Notes under the pieces: model-generated
Seen by the model: only the letters and a program-made list of their open reading frames with translations
Told to the model about the DNA's origin: nothing
Databases searched by the model: none
Translations under genes and position numbers: made by a program
Part shown: one piece after another, positions 12,150 through 25,991 of the stretch
Layout: each line of letters begins with the position of its first letter
Position numbering within the stretch: position 1 is the first letter of the stretch
Origin: Sphaerodactylus townsendi
Taxonomy: Eukaryota
Length of the DNA stretch: 64,000 nt
Direction: 5' to 3'
Assembly: GCF_021028975.2 (NCBI RefSeq)
Contig: NC_059426.1
Location: forward strand, 66,712,001 to 66,776,000

Positions 12150-12587
12150 GTTTAAGACTATGTTTTTCATGTCTGATAAAATAGATCATGATAATTCCAA
12201 TCAGTCTGATTTAGTTGGGATTATACTAGCTAGAGATTGTTTAGTTACGGCTGAAGGTTGAAAGGCAACAGATGCATTTGATAGAAAAGTTCAGCAGTGC
12301 ACCTTCATAGGAGATAAACAATGTATATTAATTACAAGCAGTAATGCTAACTCATTAAAGCTTTAGTGGTTTGATCAGGGAGAAGCAATTTTTAATAATC
12401 TAATGTTAGCTGGGGACTGAAACTTTTTTTTGTAATGAAAAAGAAATAAAAAGTAATAAAAAAGAAAGCATTCAAGGTGACACTTTCTTCACGGTCACCC
12501 ATCTCTTTAGTCTCAAAAGGCACCTGTATTGAGGCCATGGGGAAATGCAAATGCATTAGAGAGAGTCACTGTTAGAGGCTGTGGTTG

Positions 12588-12718
12588 CCATGGTGGCGAA
12601 CCTATGGCACTCCAGATGTTCATGGACTACAATTCCCATCAGAATTGGCCATGCTGGCAGGGGCTGATGGGAATTGTAGTTCATGAACATCTGGAGTGCC
12701 ATAGGTTCGCCACCAATG
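12588..12718. mobile_element. Palindromic hAT-type MITE with ACTACAATTCCCA arms
   Basis: Hairpin TGGTGGCGAACCTATGGCACTCCAGATGTTC / GAACATCTGGAGTGCCATAGGTTCGCCACCA. Confidence 0.8.
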
Positions 12719-13633
12719 GGTTAGAGTGTTAGACTCCAGAGTTCAAATCCCTGCCTAGTCAGAAACATTACTGTGGATGACTTTGAGCAAATCATTATTT
12801 CTCAGTCTAACCTACCTTATAGGGTTGTTTTGGATGGGGTAAATTATCAATAATATTTTGAATAGAACAAATTAGTCACTCGCATTTTAACCAATTAATT
12901 GACTTAGTAACTCAAGTGATTCAATCGATGGAGTTTTACATGTTTCCAGGAGCATGTGGTCTGCTTACCTTTTGTGTGAGTATGAGACTTTTCACTTAAA
13001 TATTTGAATAATATCTTTATAAACTTGGAGGTCTCTGTATCTTTTTAATAAGCAGTCAGTTTAAAAAGGAGTTCCGGAGAAGAGAGAATTTTACTACACA
13101 TGGCTTTTCTGATCAGAGAACTGAAGTAAAGGGAAATGGCACCTAGTGCGACTGCCCTTTCTATTTCGCTCTTAAAGATACACATACATCTGGAATGCAC
13201 AGTAAGTTCTCTCTTCTTTGAGCAATATATGCAAAGCTTTCTTGAGAAGAAACTTACTGGTGGATTTAGCTAATCCTCCGTCTGCCATAAAACTGTCTGT
13301 TTGACTGGAGGCCAATCCTTTTCTCTGGGCCTAAAGCAGGTGGAGGGGGAGATGCGCACCATCATGAGCTCCTTTGAGGGAGATGAAGTATTTAAATATC
13401 AGTTAAAAGAGGGGAAAGATGATGATCTGGAGAATCCATACAAAAACATTTCTGTGTTAGGGATGAGATAGTTCGTGGGAAGCCCTGCGCGGGACCTTGT
13501 CTGTCTTCCTGCAGCCATGCACAGGATTGTTGCGAGAGGTGCAGAATTTGATTTTCATTTCAGAATTTGCAGCTTCAAGAATTCATTGTCTTCTCCCTCT
13601 TATTCCCCTGCCCACTGCTCAATTCTCCTGCAG

Positions 13634-13775
13634 CTGGATAGGATTTGAGTATCCTGAACACCAAGGACAGCAGTTCATCTTGGAGAAAGGGGACTACCCC
13701 CGCTGGGAGGCCTGGAGTGGGAACAGTGGCTACAAGACTGAGCACCTTCTCTCCTTTCGGCCTATCAAATGTGCT
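13634..13775 (+). CDS. CRYBA2: Beta-crystallin A2, coding exon 2
   Basis: Acceptor CTGCAG|; [47 protein letters not shown]; donor |GTGAGT. Confidence 0.97.
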
Positions 13776-14654
13776 GTGAGTTCAGTGTGCTTTCCTTGCC
13801 TCTTAGCCACACCTGAATGACACTCTCTGGACCCTCCTTTCAATTAGCAAGGATGACCTCCTGATCTCCTTCCTATCGTTTTCCAGAGAGGATGAAGTAA
13901 AGGGGAACCAATAGGGGTTTGGCAAGGTTTCCCTCCAAAAATGGAGCCTCAGATGGTGAAGGCCAGTGGGCAAACACCATCCTGCAATGATCAAACACCC
14001 TGCCATTGGAAACCACTGTCCTAACAAAATTCACAGGTGGAATATATTAATCTCATTTATTTTTCACAAATTATATAGAAGCACGGCAGGAAAGATGTCA
14101 AGGATAAAGGAAGTTAAAATGAAATTGCGGGAGGGAGTTAGCTGTGCTAAAATAAAATTTTCAGGGTCGCTGACAAGTTGACATCCTACAGGTGCAAAAC
14201 AGGTGATGTCTTTTACTGGCAGTTAGAACAGGAGTAAGCAAGCCTTTGAATTACATAATCAGAACTCTATAGACTGTTCAAAAGTCTGTAAACAGAATAT
14301 CCTGCACACTCCTACTGGTCTAGTTGAAATGGGCTGCTTTTTTTTCATTTTCTGTCTTTTATTCTTTGGGAGTTATGGCCAATAGTCTGTGAAACATGTA
14401 CCTGGGGAGTCCTACTCAGTGTGGAATGCAGTGGGGAAATGTAGTCAGAAGGACCAGGGGAGGAAGACATTAGAGAAGTTACATCTACCCAATTTCTTCC
14501 ATCATTAAGGAGTATACAGGTGTTATATCCTTCAATCTGAGGAGGGACATAAGCAAGCAATTAACTATATACTGGAAAGGACAAAGCCAAATGCAATTAC
14601 AACCCCATTCCATTTAGGGACCTACCTTGAAGGAGATTGTCTTTAGAAAGCAGA

Positions 14655-14975
14655 AAATGCTTCACATACTTGTAGATACTTGTAGAAGGCCCCAGGTTCA
14701 GTTCTTAGCATCTCCTGTTAAACAGAATCAAGTAGTAAAATTATTTTTACCTGAGATCCTAGAGGACCCCCACATGACAAAGCTATGTATCAGTGGTAGA
14801 GCATCGGTTTCCCATAAGGAACCAGGTTACATCTCCAGTTAAAAAGGACAAGGAGTGAGTGATATGAAAGATCTCCACTGGAGACCAGGAGAGCTGCTCC
14901 CAGTCAGAGAAGACAGTACTGAAATAGATAGATCCCTGCTCTGACTCAGTATAAGGAAGTTTCCTGCATTTACGT
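14655..14975 (+). mobile_element. Squam2-type tRNA-derived SINE pieces (tandem); another copy at about 25650-25825
   Basis: TCAGTGGTAGAGCATC head, CATCTCCAGTT...GAAAGA..TC..CTGAGACC body. Confidence 0.65.
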
Positions 14976-16599
14976 GAGCTAGAACTGCCAGTTTTAGATT
15001 GTGTAAGAGCTAGGGTTGCCAATTGCCTGGAGAAAAAAAGTCTTGTTCCTTTAATGAAGGAGTGATAGAATGCTATTTTTCAGGTCGTGCTACTTACTTT
15101 CCTGTCATGAAATGCTTCAGCAGCCCATTTCTACATGGTAAGCCTCTATTAAAGGGATAGGACATTTTTCTCCAGTTCTGTTGGTAACCCTAGCAAAGGA
15201 CTTCTGTCATTGTAAAGATTAAAATAGAAATAACAGATGTAGCCCACCCCCCACCCCCGGGCCTTTTTCTCTGTAGTGAAAGGAGAATTTTCCCTTCTAT
15301 GCAATTCTGAAAAATACAGGAGCATTCTTGGGTTCTGATCAGGCCCACCTAACCTGAACAATGGAGAGATTAGAATTGCCCATTTAAGACCTGATGATGG
15401 CCTGTCACCCTGTCCCACCAGCCTGTGACTGAAGTGGGAAAAGAGTATGATGGAAAGGAATGGAGAGCTCGGCTCCTTCTGCACATTAGGACACACATCA
15501 CCCATCTGTGCCTACGGAGACCATCAGAGAGCATCTCTCGGTGAGGAAGTCAAAAGTCTAGGCTAGACTGATTTGATACACAAACCCGCAGAAATGGGCA
15601 TGCCTATTATATGGGGTGCTTTGAGCACCTGCTGCAAACTGAGGTTATATAGAACTCTAAATTGTACTGCTTATGTGGGCTTTTGGGGGGGGGGGGATAT
15701 GAATGCAGCATGTGTATTTATTTTGAGGAATTGTGCATTTATGGCCGTCCAGCTTTGGAGAGAAAAGAGAGAAAGCTTCCACCTGGCCTTTGGATGATGG
15801 GAGAGCCTCAATAGAAGAGGCAAAGAAAGCCATTTATAAATCTGCATATATTAAAAAGCTGTCAGATGGAAATCAATAAGCAATGCAAGGGAGTGTTTGT
15901 GGGGGTGGGGTGGAGTGTTCAGTACATTGACAGAAGAGTCAGGGGGCTGGTTGAGGTGTGGGGAAGGGGGCAAGGAGAAGGAAGGGAGAGGCATGTGACA
16001 GTCAATCTGGACATCATCTATCACCCCCTTTGCAAAGAGGCTATAACTGGTGGGACATATCGCTCCATCTCAGGAGAGGCTGCTTCTGTTTCCCACCAGG
16101 GTTGAAAATCTCTGCACGTCCCAAGCTCTATGCTTTAATAACAAGCAGTCAGATTACGCCCGCACTTTAATAAAGGGGTGTGAGATACCATCTCTTTCCT
16201 GGCTGGCAGGATCGCTTGGTGGAGTGCAGGCTGCAGGAATGGGTGACGGGAGGGAGGGAGGGAGATGCAGCTGTGCCCAGTTTCAGATGTAAGTTAAATA
16301 ATTTAACCCCTTCAGTCCAGGGATAACAGGAGCCTACAAATCCTGATCACTTGGAAAGGTGGAAGGACTTTTCTTTTATAGTCGCAGGATTTTTTGCTTT
16401 CTGACACCTGAAGGCACACATGAAGGCACACATGGAGTTATTTGACCTTCATCCACCATATTTGCAGCAGCATGAGAGAACAGATGTCCTTAAGTGCAAA
16501 GGATCCAGTGATAGTGTCCTTAAACCAGACACAACAATGGCTGGGTGGCCTCATGCATCAACAGTAAACTAGGAACAAATGCAGGACTCTAGTACTTTA

Positions 16600-17085
16600 T
16601 TGCACCATCAGTGTACACAATGGTTAATGCAGTAGTGACAAAAAGGCAGATCCCTGCCTTAAGGAGTATACAGTCTAAAATTCACCACAGTGGAGGCCAC
16701 AGATAAAGAACTGGGGATGAGACTTAACAGGAGAACAACATCCATTCTATTTAATTCTGTGTCTGTAGGTGTAGTTTCAGTGGGGAGTGAATAGTGATGC
16801 CAAAGGCTTCTCAGCAATCTGGGCGTTTTGAAGAGGGGTTTTAGGGAGGTGAAATCCCCTGGGCATTCCAGTATAAGGGCAGAAAGAGGGAAAGAGTACT
16901 GGAGCCTGTGGGAGCAGGAGGCCTTCGGCTGGCTAACAGGATGGAGGGAATGCAAAACAATGGTGGCCGGAAAGGGTACAACAAGATCCGTGAGCAGAAA
17001 AATAATGGTGAGTAAGGACAGAATAGGTGAATAATAACTGGGGAAATATGGACTGGTGCAGATTGTAATGCAGGCAATCATCCTT
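16600..17085 (-). mobile_element. Old L2-like LINE 3' fragment (others near 4200-4600 and 41100-41370)
   Basis: Resembles the reverse-strand L2 3' end (TCCCTGCC..AAGGAG..TACAGTCTA); degenerate. Confidence 0.45.
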
Positions 17086-18520
17086 GCTGAAACCTGCTCT
17101 TACTCCATTTGTGGTCTGCCTTTCTCACTAGCACTTGAGGTGGATCGCAAAATACAGAAAAGAATCCAATCAAGACAACATAAGATATCCAATTAACAAT
17201 GCAGTAGGATTAGGATTACAGAATTGGAAAGAAATACAAGCAACCTAAGAAATGAAAAAGGAACCTGCCTAAGACATGATGGACCATACTGAGGAAAGGG
17301 GGTTACAAAGGCAGAAGATAATGCAGTAAAAGCAAACCCTGTCTTTTGTACATAGTAATAACAAGTACTCCTGCTAACTTGGCAAAGAAACAGCCAAGGG
17401 AACAAAACAGGAGTCAGTCACAAAGAGGAGCTAGAATAGAAGGAGAGTTGAAGCAGAGAGGTAACCAGTGCAACTCTTCACTGTTAAGGGACTGGTGCTC
17501 ATTCTCTTGTTTCCTTGGGGCTTTAAATGTCTGTCATCCATCTTTTCTCTTTAAATGTGGACTCTGTCCTCCCCAATGGAAACTTGCAGACTCATTCACT
17601 CACCTTTTTGTCCACTCTTGATGGATACGATTGTCAGATCAAAATTAAGGGATATTCTGGCAAAGACATTCCGTATGTCATGGGGAATTATATTTTAGCT
17701 ATCGTAGCTAAATAGAACTTCCAAGCATATAGGAAATATGCCACTCTAAGTATTAGAGGATAAGCTGTGGCATCCATTCTGAAACCTGCTAAGGAACCTC
17801 TAGGTCAGGGGTATTCAACCTTATTGACCCAGTGGGCCCTTTCAGTTGTTTGATAATGGATTGTGGGTTGTATAACAAATTGACTGCTATTCCAAGCCAA
17901 ATGTCCTCCTGTAGCAGAGGCAGCAGCTGTCTCTAAATATGCGCTCCACGAAGACACAAATGTGATGTGTCCTTCTGAAGTACTTCAGGAACCCCAGGAC
18001 TGGCTGTTTATTTTAGAGAACAAATTATTTATAAAAGAAGCAACTGGGTACCATGTTTGGAGATCACTGTTCCAGAGGCATATGGCTGGCTGCTGTTAGA
18101 ATGTCTGATAAAAGACATTGTCCTGACCTGGTGAAGCAGATCTCATGTTGGAATATTCTAAATTAAAGAACAGCTCTTTGGAATATGGGTATTAATTAAG
18201 AAGGGAGAAGACCCTAAAGGAACACAAATCAAACTGGCCCCTGCTGGTTCATGCATAATGCTAGAGGAAAAAATGGACAGGGTAGGTAGTCAGTAATCTA
18301 TACTATGCAAGCTGGGATGTGGTCCTTCCTCTCTTGCTCTTAAAATGCATGTGTGAATGTCTTAGAATATAAGGGGAGATTAGACATACAATGAAATGGG
18401 ATCATGAGTCGGGGCTGACAGGCAGAAATGGGAGGTCTGATTGTAGGTGAGGCATGAATGAATTCTGCTTATGTTGATGTTCCCACACTGATTCACCCTC
18501 CACATCATTCCACACTGCAG

Positions 18521-18663
18521 AACCACAGTGACAGCAAAGTGATCCTGTATGAGGCCGAGAACTTCCAAGGACACAAATTTGAGCTCAGCGATGACTACCC
18601 ATCCCTGCAGGCCATGGGCTGGGGCAACAAGGAAGTGGGCTCCGTCAAAGTCAGCGCTGGAGC
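18521..18663 (+). CDS. CRYBA2: Beta-crystallin A2, coding exon 3
   Basis: Acceptor CTGCAG|; [48 protein letters not shown]; donor GC|GTAAGT. Confidence 0.97.
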
Positions 18664-20209
18664 GTAAGTGAAGGCTTCTGGGCTGCAGCATGGTTGGGAA
18701 GGCTTTGGTCCTTGTGGTGGGACCTTTCCATGCCTCACTCTTGCCTGTCTAAGAGTACCCTTCAGCACAACTAGCTGAACTCAGATAAAACAGGAATGGC
18801 CCAAGTTGCTGTTATTATTTTAAATAGCGTCACTAACATATACAGTAAAAGCAAAAAAACTTGCCCAAAGGAGCGGAGGGAGTTGAACAGCAGATGCACA
18901 GGTGGGGTGAGCTTTGAAGGAAGAGGAAATTGCTCAACAAATAAGTGTCCAGAAAGGGAGTCTCCAGCCAAAAGGAAGCAAGTGAAAAAAGGGCAACAGA
19001 CCTTCAAGGGGCTGAGGTATTTTGGGCTGGAAGAGTGAAAATAAAATCATGGCTGACTGGGGGAAGTGGCAGAAAGATAGAGATGGGCAAACTGGTGGAG
19101 TCCCTTAGAAGCAAGGACAAGACTTGCTTCATTATGCATTTATCACTCTCTGCTGCTCAATAATGTCTTGGAAACTGATGCAGCTCCTCCTGCTCAGGTT
19201 TCTTGGAACTGAAGTGGGAGGGGGAGCAGCTAGTGAACAAGCACCCTTCCCTTCCCCAAGGCAGCTACAGGTTATAGCAGCAGTTAGACTCCTCCATAAT
19301 ACTGAGCCTGCTGGGTGATCCCCCTCCCCGCATCCCCAACAGAGCACCAAATGCACTCTTCTTCAAACACTTTGGGACAGAGTCAGACAATCCTTTTAAA
19401 AGAATTACAGTGCAGTCCTAAGGACACTTTCCTGGGGGCAAGCCTCACTGAATATACCTAAGTAGGTTTCTGAGTAAACCTGTTCAGGATTGCTCTGCTG
19501 GAGTGGTATGAGAGAGAGACATTGTTTCCTGTGGTTTGTACACACATTTCTTTCGTACTAGCACTGCTTCTGGTCAAACAGGCTTTGTAGATTTTTTTAA
19601 ACAATGCAAAGAAAAAAACCCTGTGCCAAACTATTTTAATAGATGCCAAAATAGGTTAAGTGTATTCACCAGAGTGATCTTTCCTCCAAATTATAGGCTC
19701 AGTCTGTTTCTTTCTGGGGTGCTCCTGCCCTTCACTCTTGGTGTCAAGGACTCTAGATTGTGCAGGTTGCTCTGCCACGGTCTAATGGGCAGACAGTCTG
19801 AGTTTGTGGGCTTTGGAGCCAATCCAGCACTGTTATTCTGTGACTCTGGCATGCATCCTGCACACCACACCCACAAGCTAATTGCCCTGACATTAAGGGA
19901 AGTGCTGCTGTTTTTAAATTTGTGGGACACTGTTGTGAAAACTTTACTGTATTCAAAGAGTTATATCCAGTTGCACAGAGACATCATGCAAAGACTGCAG
20001 TTGTGGTCTCTGTGTTTACGCATCTGCACCACAGTCATTTATTTAACAATGCATGTGTGCAATGATATTGGATTGAATTAAGCAGTTAGTATTCCTGATT
20101 GCACAATGATCATAGCATGTGCAGTGTGATTTCCTGTGCAGTGATCCTTCCATGAAATAAACAATGCAAAGTTGGATACATGCCTTATTTCCCCCCCTCT
20201 CTTTTCATA

Positions 20210-20360
20210 GACCCCTTACGCACATGCAAAATAATGCACATTCAATCCACTTTCACAACTGTTTGAAAGTGGATTTTGGTATTCCGCACAGTAAAATCCA
20301 GCATCAAAGTGCATTGAAAATGGATTGAAAGTGCATTATTCTACTTGTGTGGAAAGGGCC
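20210..20360. mobile_element. Palindromic PIF/Harbinger-like MITE (CCCTTCCGCACATG family); copies at 37041-37140, 38888-39025 and 41490-41582
   Basis: Inverted arms CGCACATGCA.AATAATGCAC / GTGCATTATT.TGCATGTGCG; superfamily inferred from the termini. Confidence 0.7.
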
Positions 20361-20668
20361 ACAGACACAGACCCATGTGGAGAGCTGGTGCTCTTGTGTG
20401 TGATCTCCACCTGTCTGCAGGTGTAAATACTGCAGTGACTTGGACAGGGCTGATTCTGAGGGGTTTCCCCATCAGCCCTTCCCCCTTTTTAGACAGAAGC
20501 TGCCCCACAAGCAGCTCGTTTCTTTCCCCCCCCCCCTTTGCCCCATCCCATCTGAGTCAGTAGTAGTGATGCATCATTCTATCCTTTTCACAGTGAAGGA
20601 CAGAATTGGGGATTGGGGGGCAGGACTGGGACTACTTGCCTTGCCAATTATTTGCTTTGTTTCCTTAG

Positions 20669-20816
20669 GTGGGTGGCCTATCAGTATCCAGGCTACCGGG
20701 GCTACCAGTATGTTCTGGAGCGGGACAAGCAGAATGGTGAATACAAGAAATACAGCGACTACAGCACCCAAGCCCACACCAACCAGATCCAGTCCATTCG
20801 CCGTATTCAGCACTGA
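20669..20816 (+). CDS. CRYBA2: Beta-crystallin A2, last coding exon
   Basis: Acceptor CCTTAG|; [48 protein letters not shown]; the four exons sum to 591 nt = 196 aa + stop with compatible phases. Confidence 0.97.
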
Positions 20817-20925
20817 GCCAGACCTCAGCAGCAATATGACTGACCCTCCTGGACATCTCCATCCCCTGACATGCCTGCCTCTGTGCCCAAGGACCCACCA
20901 AGCAGTAGACCCACACCCTGTAGCC

Positions 20926-20931
20926 AATAAA
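20926..20931 (+). terminator. CRYBA2: CRYBA2 polyadenylation signal
   Basis: AATAAA 110 nt after the stop, followed by a T/GT-rich tract. Confidence 0.75.
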
Positions 20932-22574
20932 GGCATTTACCAAACGCTGCTTTCTTTTTGGTCGTCTGTCAGTGAAAGCCTCTGAGCTTGGAGTTGCTGG
21001 CTGTGGAGTGATTGGCTTGCCCATCAGCAGAGAATCGGAGGAAGCCCAGCTGAGTTCATTACCAAATATGGCCTTGGATGAGAGTCAAAGGCAAACTCTG
21101 ACACTCGCATCACACCTTGCTTGGTGAGAGTGGCCCACTATCCAAAAAAATAAAGCCTGCCTTGGTTCCAACATGTAGGTGAAACAGGTGATCACCTTGG
21201 ACCCCAGGCTTTACATGACAGTCAATTAAAGGGAAGCTAATTTCCTTTCTACATTTTGTACAGTTATCGGTAGAGTTTTTGTGTTTCTCTGAATTGAATA
21301 TGGGGGAAGCTACCAAAGTCATAGTTCGTGTATGACCACAAAACTCCCTGGGCCAGTCCTGGTTTTAACAGCATTTTGAAGTGTGGGAATCACCAGGGCT
21401 ATCTTTCCACAGCACTATTGCCTGCTCTGGTCCGCATATTTCACTGCAGTTCAACATGGAGTTACTGTGGCCAGTTGAAAGGTTGGCCACCCTTGTTTGT
21501 AATGCCTGTGCGTAGGCTTCCTTTCATGGGTGGCATTCTTCCTTATACCAAATGTCCCATAACCAACAAAGTAAAAAGGATGCTCAGAAAGGAGGCTAGA
21601 AGATCTATATAGCTTGTACAAAGAGGTCAATATGAGCGACAAGTTTAATTATCATAGCTGCTTGCACAGAAATGTGCTTGCTTAGCCATCTAAGGCAGCC
21701 TCTCTCAAAACTGAATCCCCCCCTCCCCCAAACAGCCTGGCTTGTTCTTGTGCCTTTAAGAGCAGCTTGATCTGGGGGTGAAGCTTTTCAACCAGCAGCT
21801 GTTTAAAGGCTTATAAAAGCTGGTTGAGAAGTTGGTAATGGTAACTATTAATGAAAACCCAAACTGGGAAACATAGGAAAGTTCCAAACTGAAATAGGGT
21901 TATAAAGCATCCATCTGGGAAGGACAAACAAAATCACTATCAAGCTGAGCTGTCTCATATTTTTTGCAGGAAATTAAAACACCAAAGATCATACTGTGCT
22001 GCACTGAGATTGCCAAAGCTAAAGCAGACTCTCAGAAATTACAGCCAATAGATACTGCAATCCCAAACAAATTTATTGCGGAGTAGACTTATTGAGTTCA
22101 ATAGGACTTATGTCTTAATAAGTATGCTTAGGATTGCTCTGAACACTCTATCCTGGGAAACACCAGGACACAATTTCCTGGGGGGCCTTATCCCTAATTC
22201 CAGATTTGTGGAAACATTGGAGTTACTTGGTCCTGTGGATAATGCCCTTGGCATATATTCAGATGTACTTTATCTTCTTCTTTCATTTGTGCCAGATCTA
22301 AGCCAATCAGTTTGTAAAAGAATTTAGATCTTGAACTGGTAGCCCTAGAATTAGTAGTAATTTCTTTTGCTTCTGAGCATCTTGACCAGGCAGCCACCAG
22401 TCCCCAGGAACAGACTGAGCTACCATAGATTCTAGCCACTAGCTTGCTCACTTGGATTCTTTAAAAATGTACTAGCCTTTGAAATGCCACAGCAGTCTTT
22501 TTCAATTTTGCAACAAGGTAAAAACAATGGAGACTCTGCCCTGACCTCTGGCGAAAAGATCTTGGAAGAATCTT

Positions 22575-22605
<31 letters not shown>

Positions 22606-24543
22606 CTCCCCGAATATCCTTGATTGGTATGTGTAGCTACACCTGTGACTTGGCTGGATCCCCTCCCTGTAGCAAAATTTACCAAACTCCACCTCCAAAG
22701 CTCAGCCACGCAGACACATCCGCCTAGAAATCCTGCAGGAAGCACCTTTCCTTTTCAGTGGTCAGTCTCACTCGGGAGAGGACAGGAAAGTGCAAATAGC
22801 TATTAGGCCCAGGAAACAGGCGGATCCCACCTCCAGTTAGAGCGGGTGGAGGACAGAGGGGGAAATTAGGATGACCCCTCACAACTCCATGTCGGTCCCC
22901 TGCTTGTGTATATTTAATGTATGCTCATATGGGTTAATGTCAAAGCAAAGCCCCAATTTAACCACTTTTTTTCAAACTGTTGAGCAGTCAATCATGACTG
23001 GACATATAAAAGACACAGTTATTTTGCAATCTAATTGGAAATGTCAGAATACGTAAAGGACACTATTCTGCTGCTTTCTCTCCAAGACAGCCCTGAATGT
23101 ACACATTTCCCAAGCGCTTATCTACAAATATGACTGTCTGTATATTATTAATAATGCTTGTTTCAAATTCTTCAGTTGAATCATTTGCTCAGTGCTTTGG
23201 AGCATTTAAAGACATAGGCACCATCTCTGGGCAAGGCCTTGGTAACTCTGGTTTCTATATCTGAGCAAACCTTACCAATCTTTCTTAAAGAGCCAGGCAC
23301 AGAAAGGTGTGTGGCTGAATTCTGAAAACATATATTATGTCCCTTGCACCAAAATTTTTAGGTCTTACTGCAGACTGTTTCTGAGCCCAAAGGAGAGAGC
23401 AAAATGTAGTACTAAAAATCCAATAAGCACTCAGGATGAAATTAATGAAAATTAAACTCTTTTATATCCAAATGATTTAAATGTAATATTTCTTCCATTG
23501 ATATCTATGGGACATTATAATATTGGGTACAATGTACCCTGTATAATGAAATTAGCAAAACAAATAAGGACTTCATGTTTTTCAGATAGGGTTTCTACAC
23601 CTTGCTATCAATTTTGCTTTCTCCTTTTCCCTGTTGGTTAATAGTAAAGGGCTGGGAGCCTTGACTCTTCATAGCATATCTCTAAAGTCAGGTTTTATTT
23701 CTTTATCTACTTATTGCCCAACCTTTTTACCTAGTAGTCAAGGAGGACTACAAAATGTAAAAATCATGCTATCAGGCAGCATAAGATATTCAATAAATAA
23801 TGTAATAGGACAAAGATTACAAAAATAGAAAACAATGCAAACAAAAAAAGAGAACAGATTACAAAAGTAGAAGACAATATCGTACGTGCTAGAAAAATGC
23901 ATATGCAATAACCAATGCAGTAAACTGCAAACCTTGCAGTAAACTGCAAACCCTTTATGAAACCAGCTCCCTGGACCATTCCATTACAGTGCAAACCTTT
24001 TCCATGTATATTTATTTATTTCCAACATTTATACCCCACTTTCTCCTCAATGAAGACCTAAAGCAGCTTATGTTGTTCTCCTCTCCTCCATTTTATCACT
24101 TATAGAAATGCCGTCCTAAAGATTTCTATTTTACAGATTTGGTGGAATGATAGAAACATGGCAGCCTTCCTGACTTCCTCCCACAGAGCATCCCACAGGT
24201 GGGAACCTCAGCAGAAAAAACTCAAGTATTGACCATACCTGATCTCAGCCATTTGCAAGATGGCCCCTTCAAGGGAGTTTGTGTGGACTAGTGACATTTT
24301 TGTGGCAGGACATAGCAGGAAAGGCAGTCCTATGTGCATGAGGATCCAAAGCCATTTAGGGCATTGTAGGTGATAAACATTGAGACAAGTGACTGTAAGA
24401 TATCCTGAATAACACACACTTGAATAACACTGAATAACACTTTGTTTTACAACCCCAGCAGCTTCAGAGAAAAGTCCATTAGTATGGGAAGTGGACAATA
24501 AAATATTCTTGTTAAAGCAGGAGAGCAAATACCTCCCACTTAT

Positions 24544-25297
24544 TGTGACATTTGAGAGGGGCCATTTGCCATACTGCCAGGGAGAGGCAAGATGGATGAC
24601 TTTTAATATCTTGACCTGGGTGGCAGAGCTAAAAACTTGGGGAGCAAAATATGATCACATTGGGTAGATATGTACTTAGCAAGCACTGTGGGGACTCAGC
24701 CTGCATTTCAGGATAGGCCCAACAGAATCCCTCCCAGCTGGGAGGCAAGGGGTGAAAAGGCTTAGCTGTCAAGCCAACATAAATGCTACAAGGACCATCT
24801 TTTGTTGCATAAATTCCTCTGTCTTGTGCTCATTTCTTAGCAAGAAATGCCAAGATAAAATCAGTTACTGGAGAAACCTAGTTAGTGCTTTGTTGTTAGT
24901 TTTTCTTCTTCTTCTCTTCTGTATCAGGTGTACTGCTATTCTGATATGTGCCTGTGCCTCTGTGTTCTTAGTTGATAGGAGTGTTTTCTAGTTAAATAAA
25001 GATTTTTTCCTTTTAAAGATCTCAGACTGTGCATAAGTAGTTCACTCAGAAATCTAACCATTTGTTCATGCTTAGATACCAAACCCCTAGGTCAGCTAAA
25101 GGATGTAGTTGAGACTAGAAGGAGGGAGTTAGTTTCTTCATATTCATGTATATGCTACATCCCTGTCAGTGAACTGGACCCTAGGGAGGAGATCTAGCCT
25201 GGCTGGTAATAGACTACTGAAATACTGGGTTACCAGATCAACCTATTTGGGGGGTGATCTGATTCTCTGCATTGGCTAGTGTACCCACAAGGTCACA
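24544..25297 (+). mobile_element. Probable solo LTR
   Basis: TGTGAC...GTCACA termini and internal AATAAA at 24995; TSD poorly preserved. Confidence 0.5.
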
Positions 25298-25846
25298 GTA
25301 AAAACTTGTCTAGACTTTCCCTCACCCATATTTGCCTCAATACCTTCCTTACACTCTTCCAAAAGGGATTGTGAGAGTACAATACCCCTGCATTGGAAAG
25401 TGCTCCCATCTCCAGTCCTGGACTATCCACCCTTGTCTGTGAGTAAAAGAAGAAAGCTGTCCTCAGCCAATCGTTGATATGCGATGGACATCAAAGACAT
25501 GTTAATGGAATGCTTGTGTGATCTCAGCAGTCAAAATGGACAAGGACCCAGACCACAATTGTTGGCATTCACAGTACGCAAGATCCTGCCAACATTTATC
25601 ACATTAACTGGGACAAAAATGATCCATGTGACCAAATGATTGTTGGGAGGGGCCGTGGCTCAGTGGTAGAGCATCTACCTGGCCTAGGTCCAAACTCCAG
25701 CATCGCCAGTTGAAGGATCCAGCCATAGGTGATGTGAAAGACTTCTGCCTGAGACCCTGGAGAACAGCTGCCAATCTGAGTGTAGACAGTACTGACTTTA
25801 ATGGACCAACAGTCTTGTTCATAAGTAGACCAGATGGTGCACTAGG

Positions 25847-25991
25847 CATGCGTGTCAAACTCGTGGCCCTCCAGATGTTCATAAACTACAATTCCCATCA
25901 GTCCCTCCCAACATGAGCATTGGCTATACTGGCAAGGGCTGATGGGAACTGTAGTTCATGAACACCTGGAGGGCCAAGAGTTTGACACCTG
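25847..25991. mobile_element. Palindromic hAT-type MITE with ACTACAATTCCCA arm
   Basis: GTGTCAAACTC.TGGCCCTCCAG / CTGGAGGGCCA.GAGTTTGACAC inverted ends. Confidence 0.8.

Noticed and set aside
24406-24440. TGAATAACAC x3 and other short direct repeats (16410, 23920, 41742)
   Set aside because: Local slippage duplications; no repeat-spacer periodicity, not CRISPR-like
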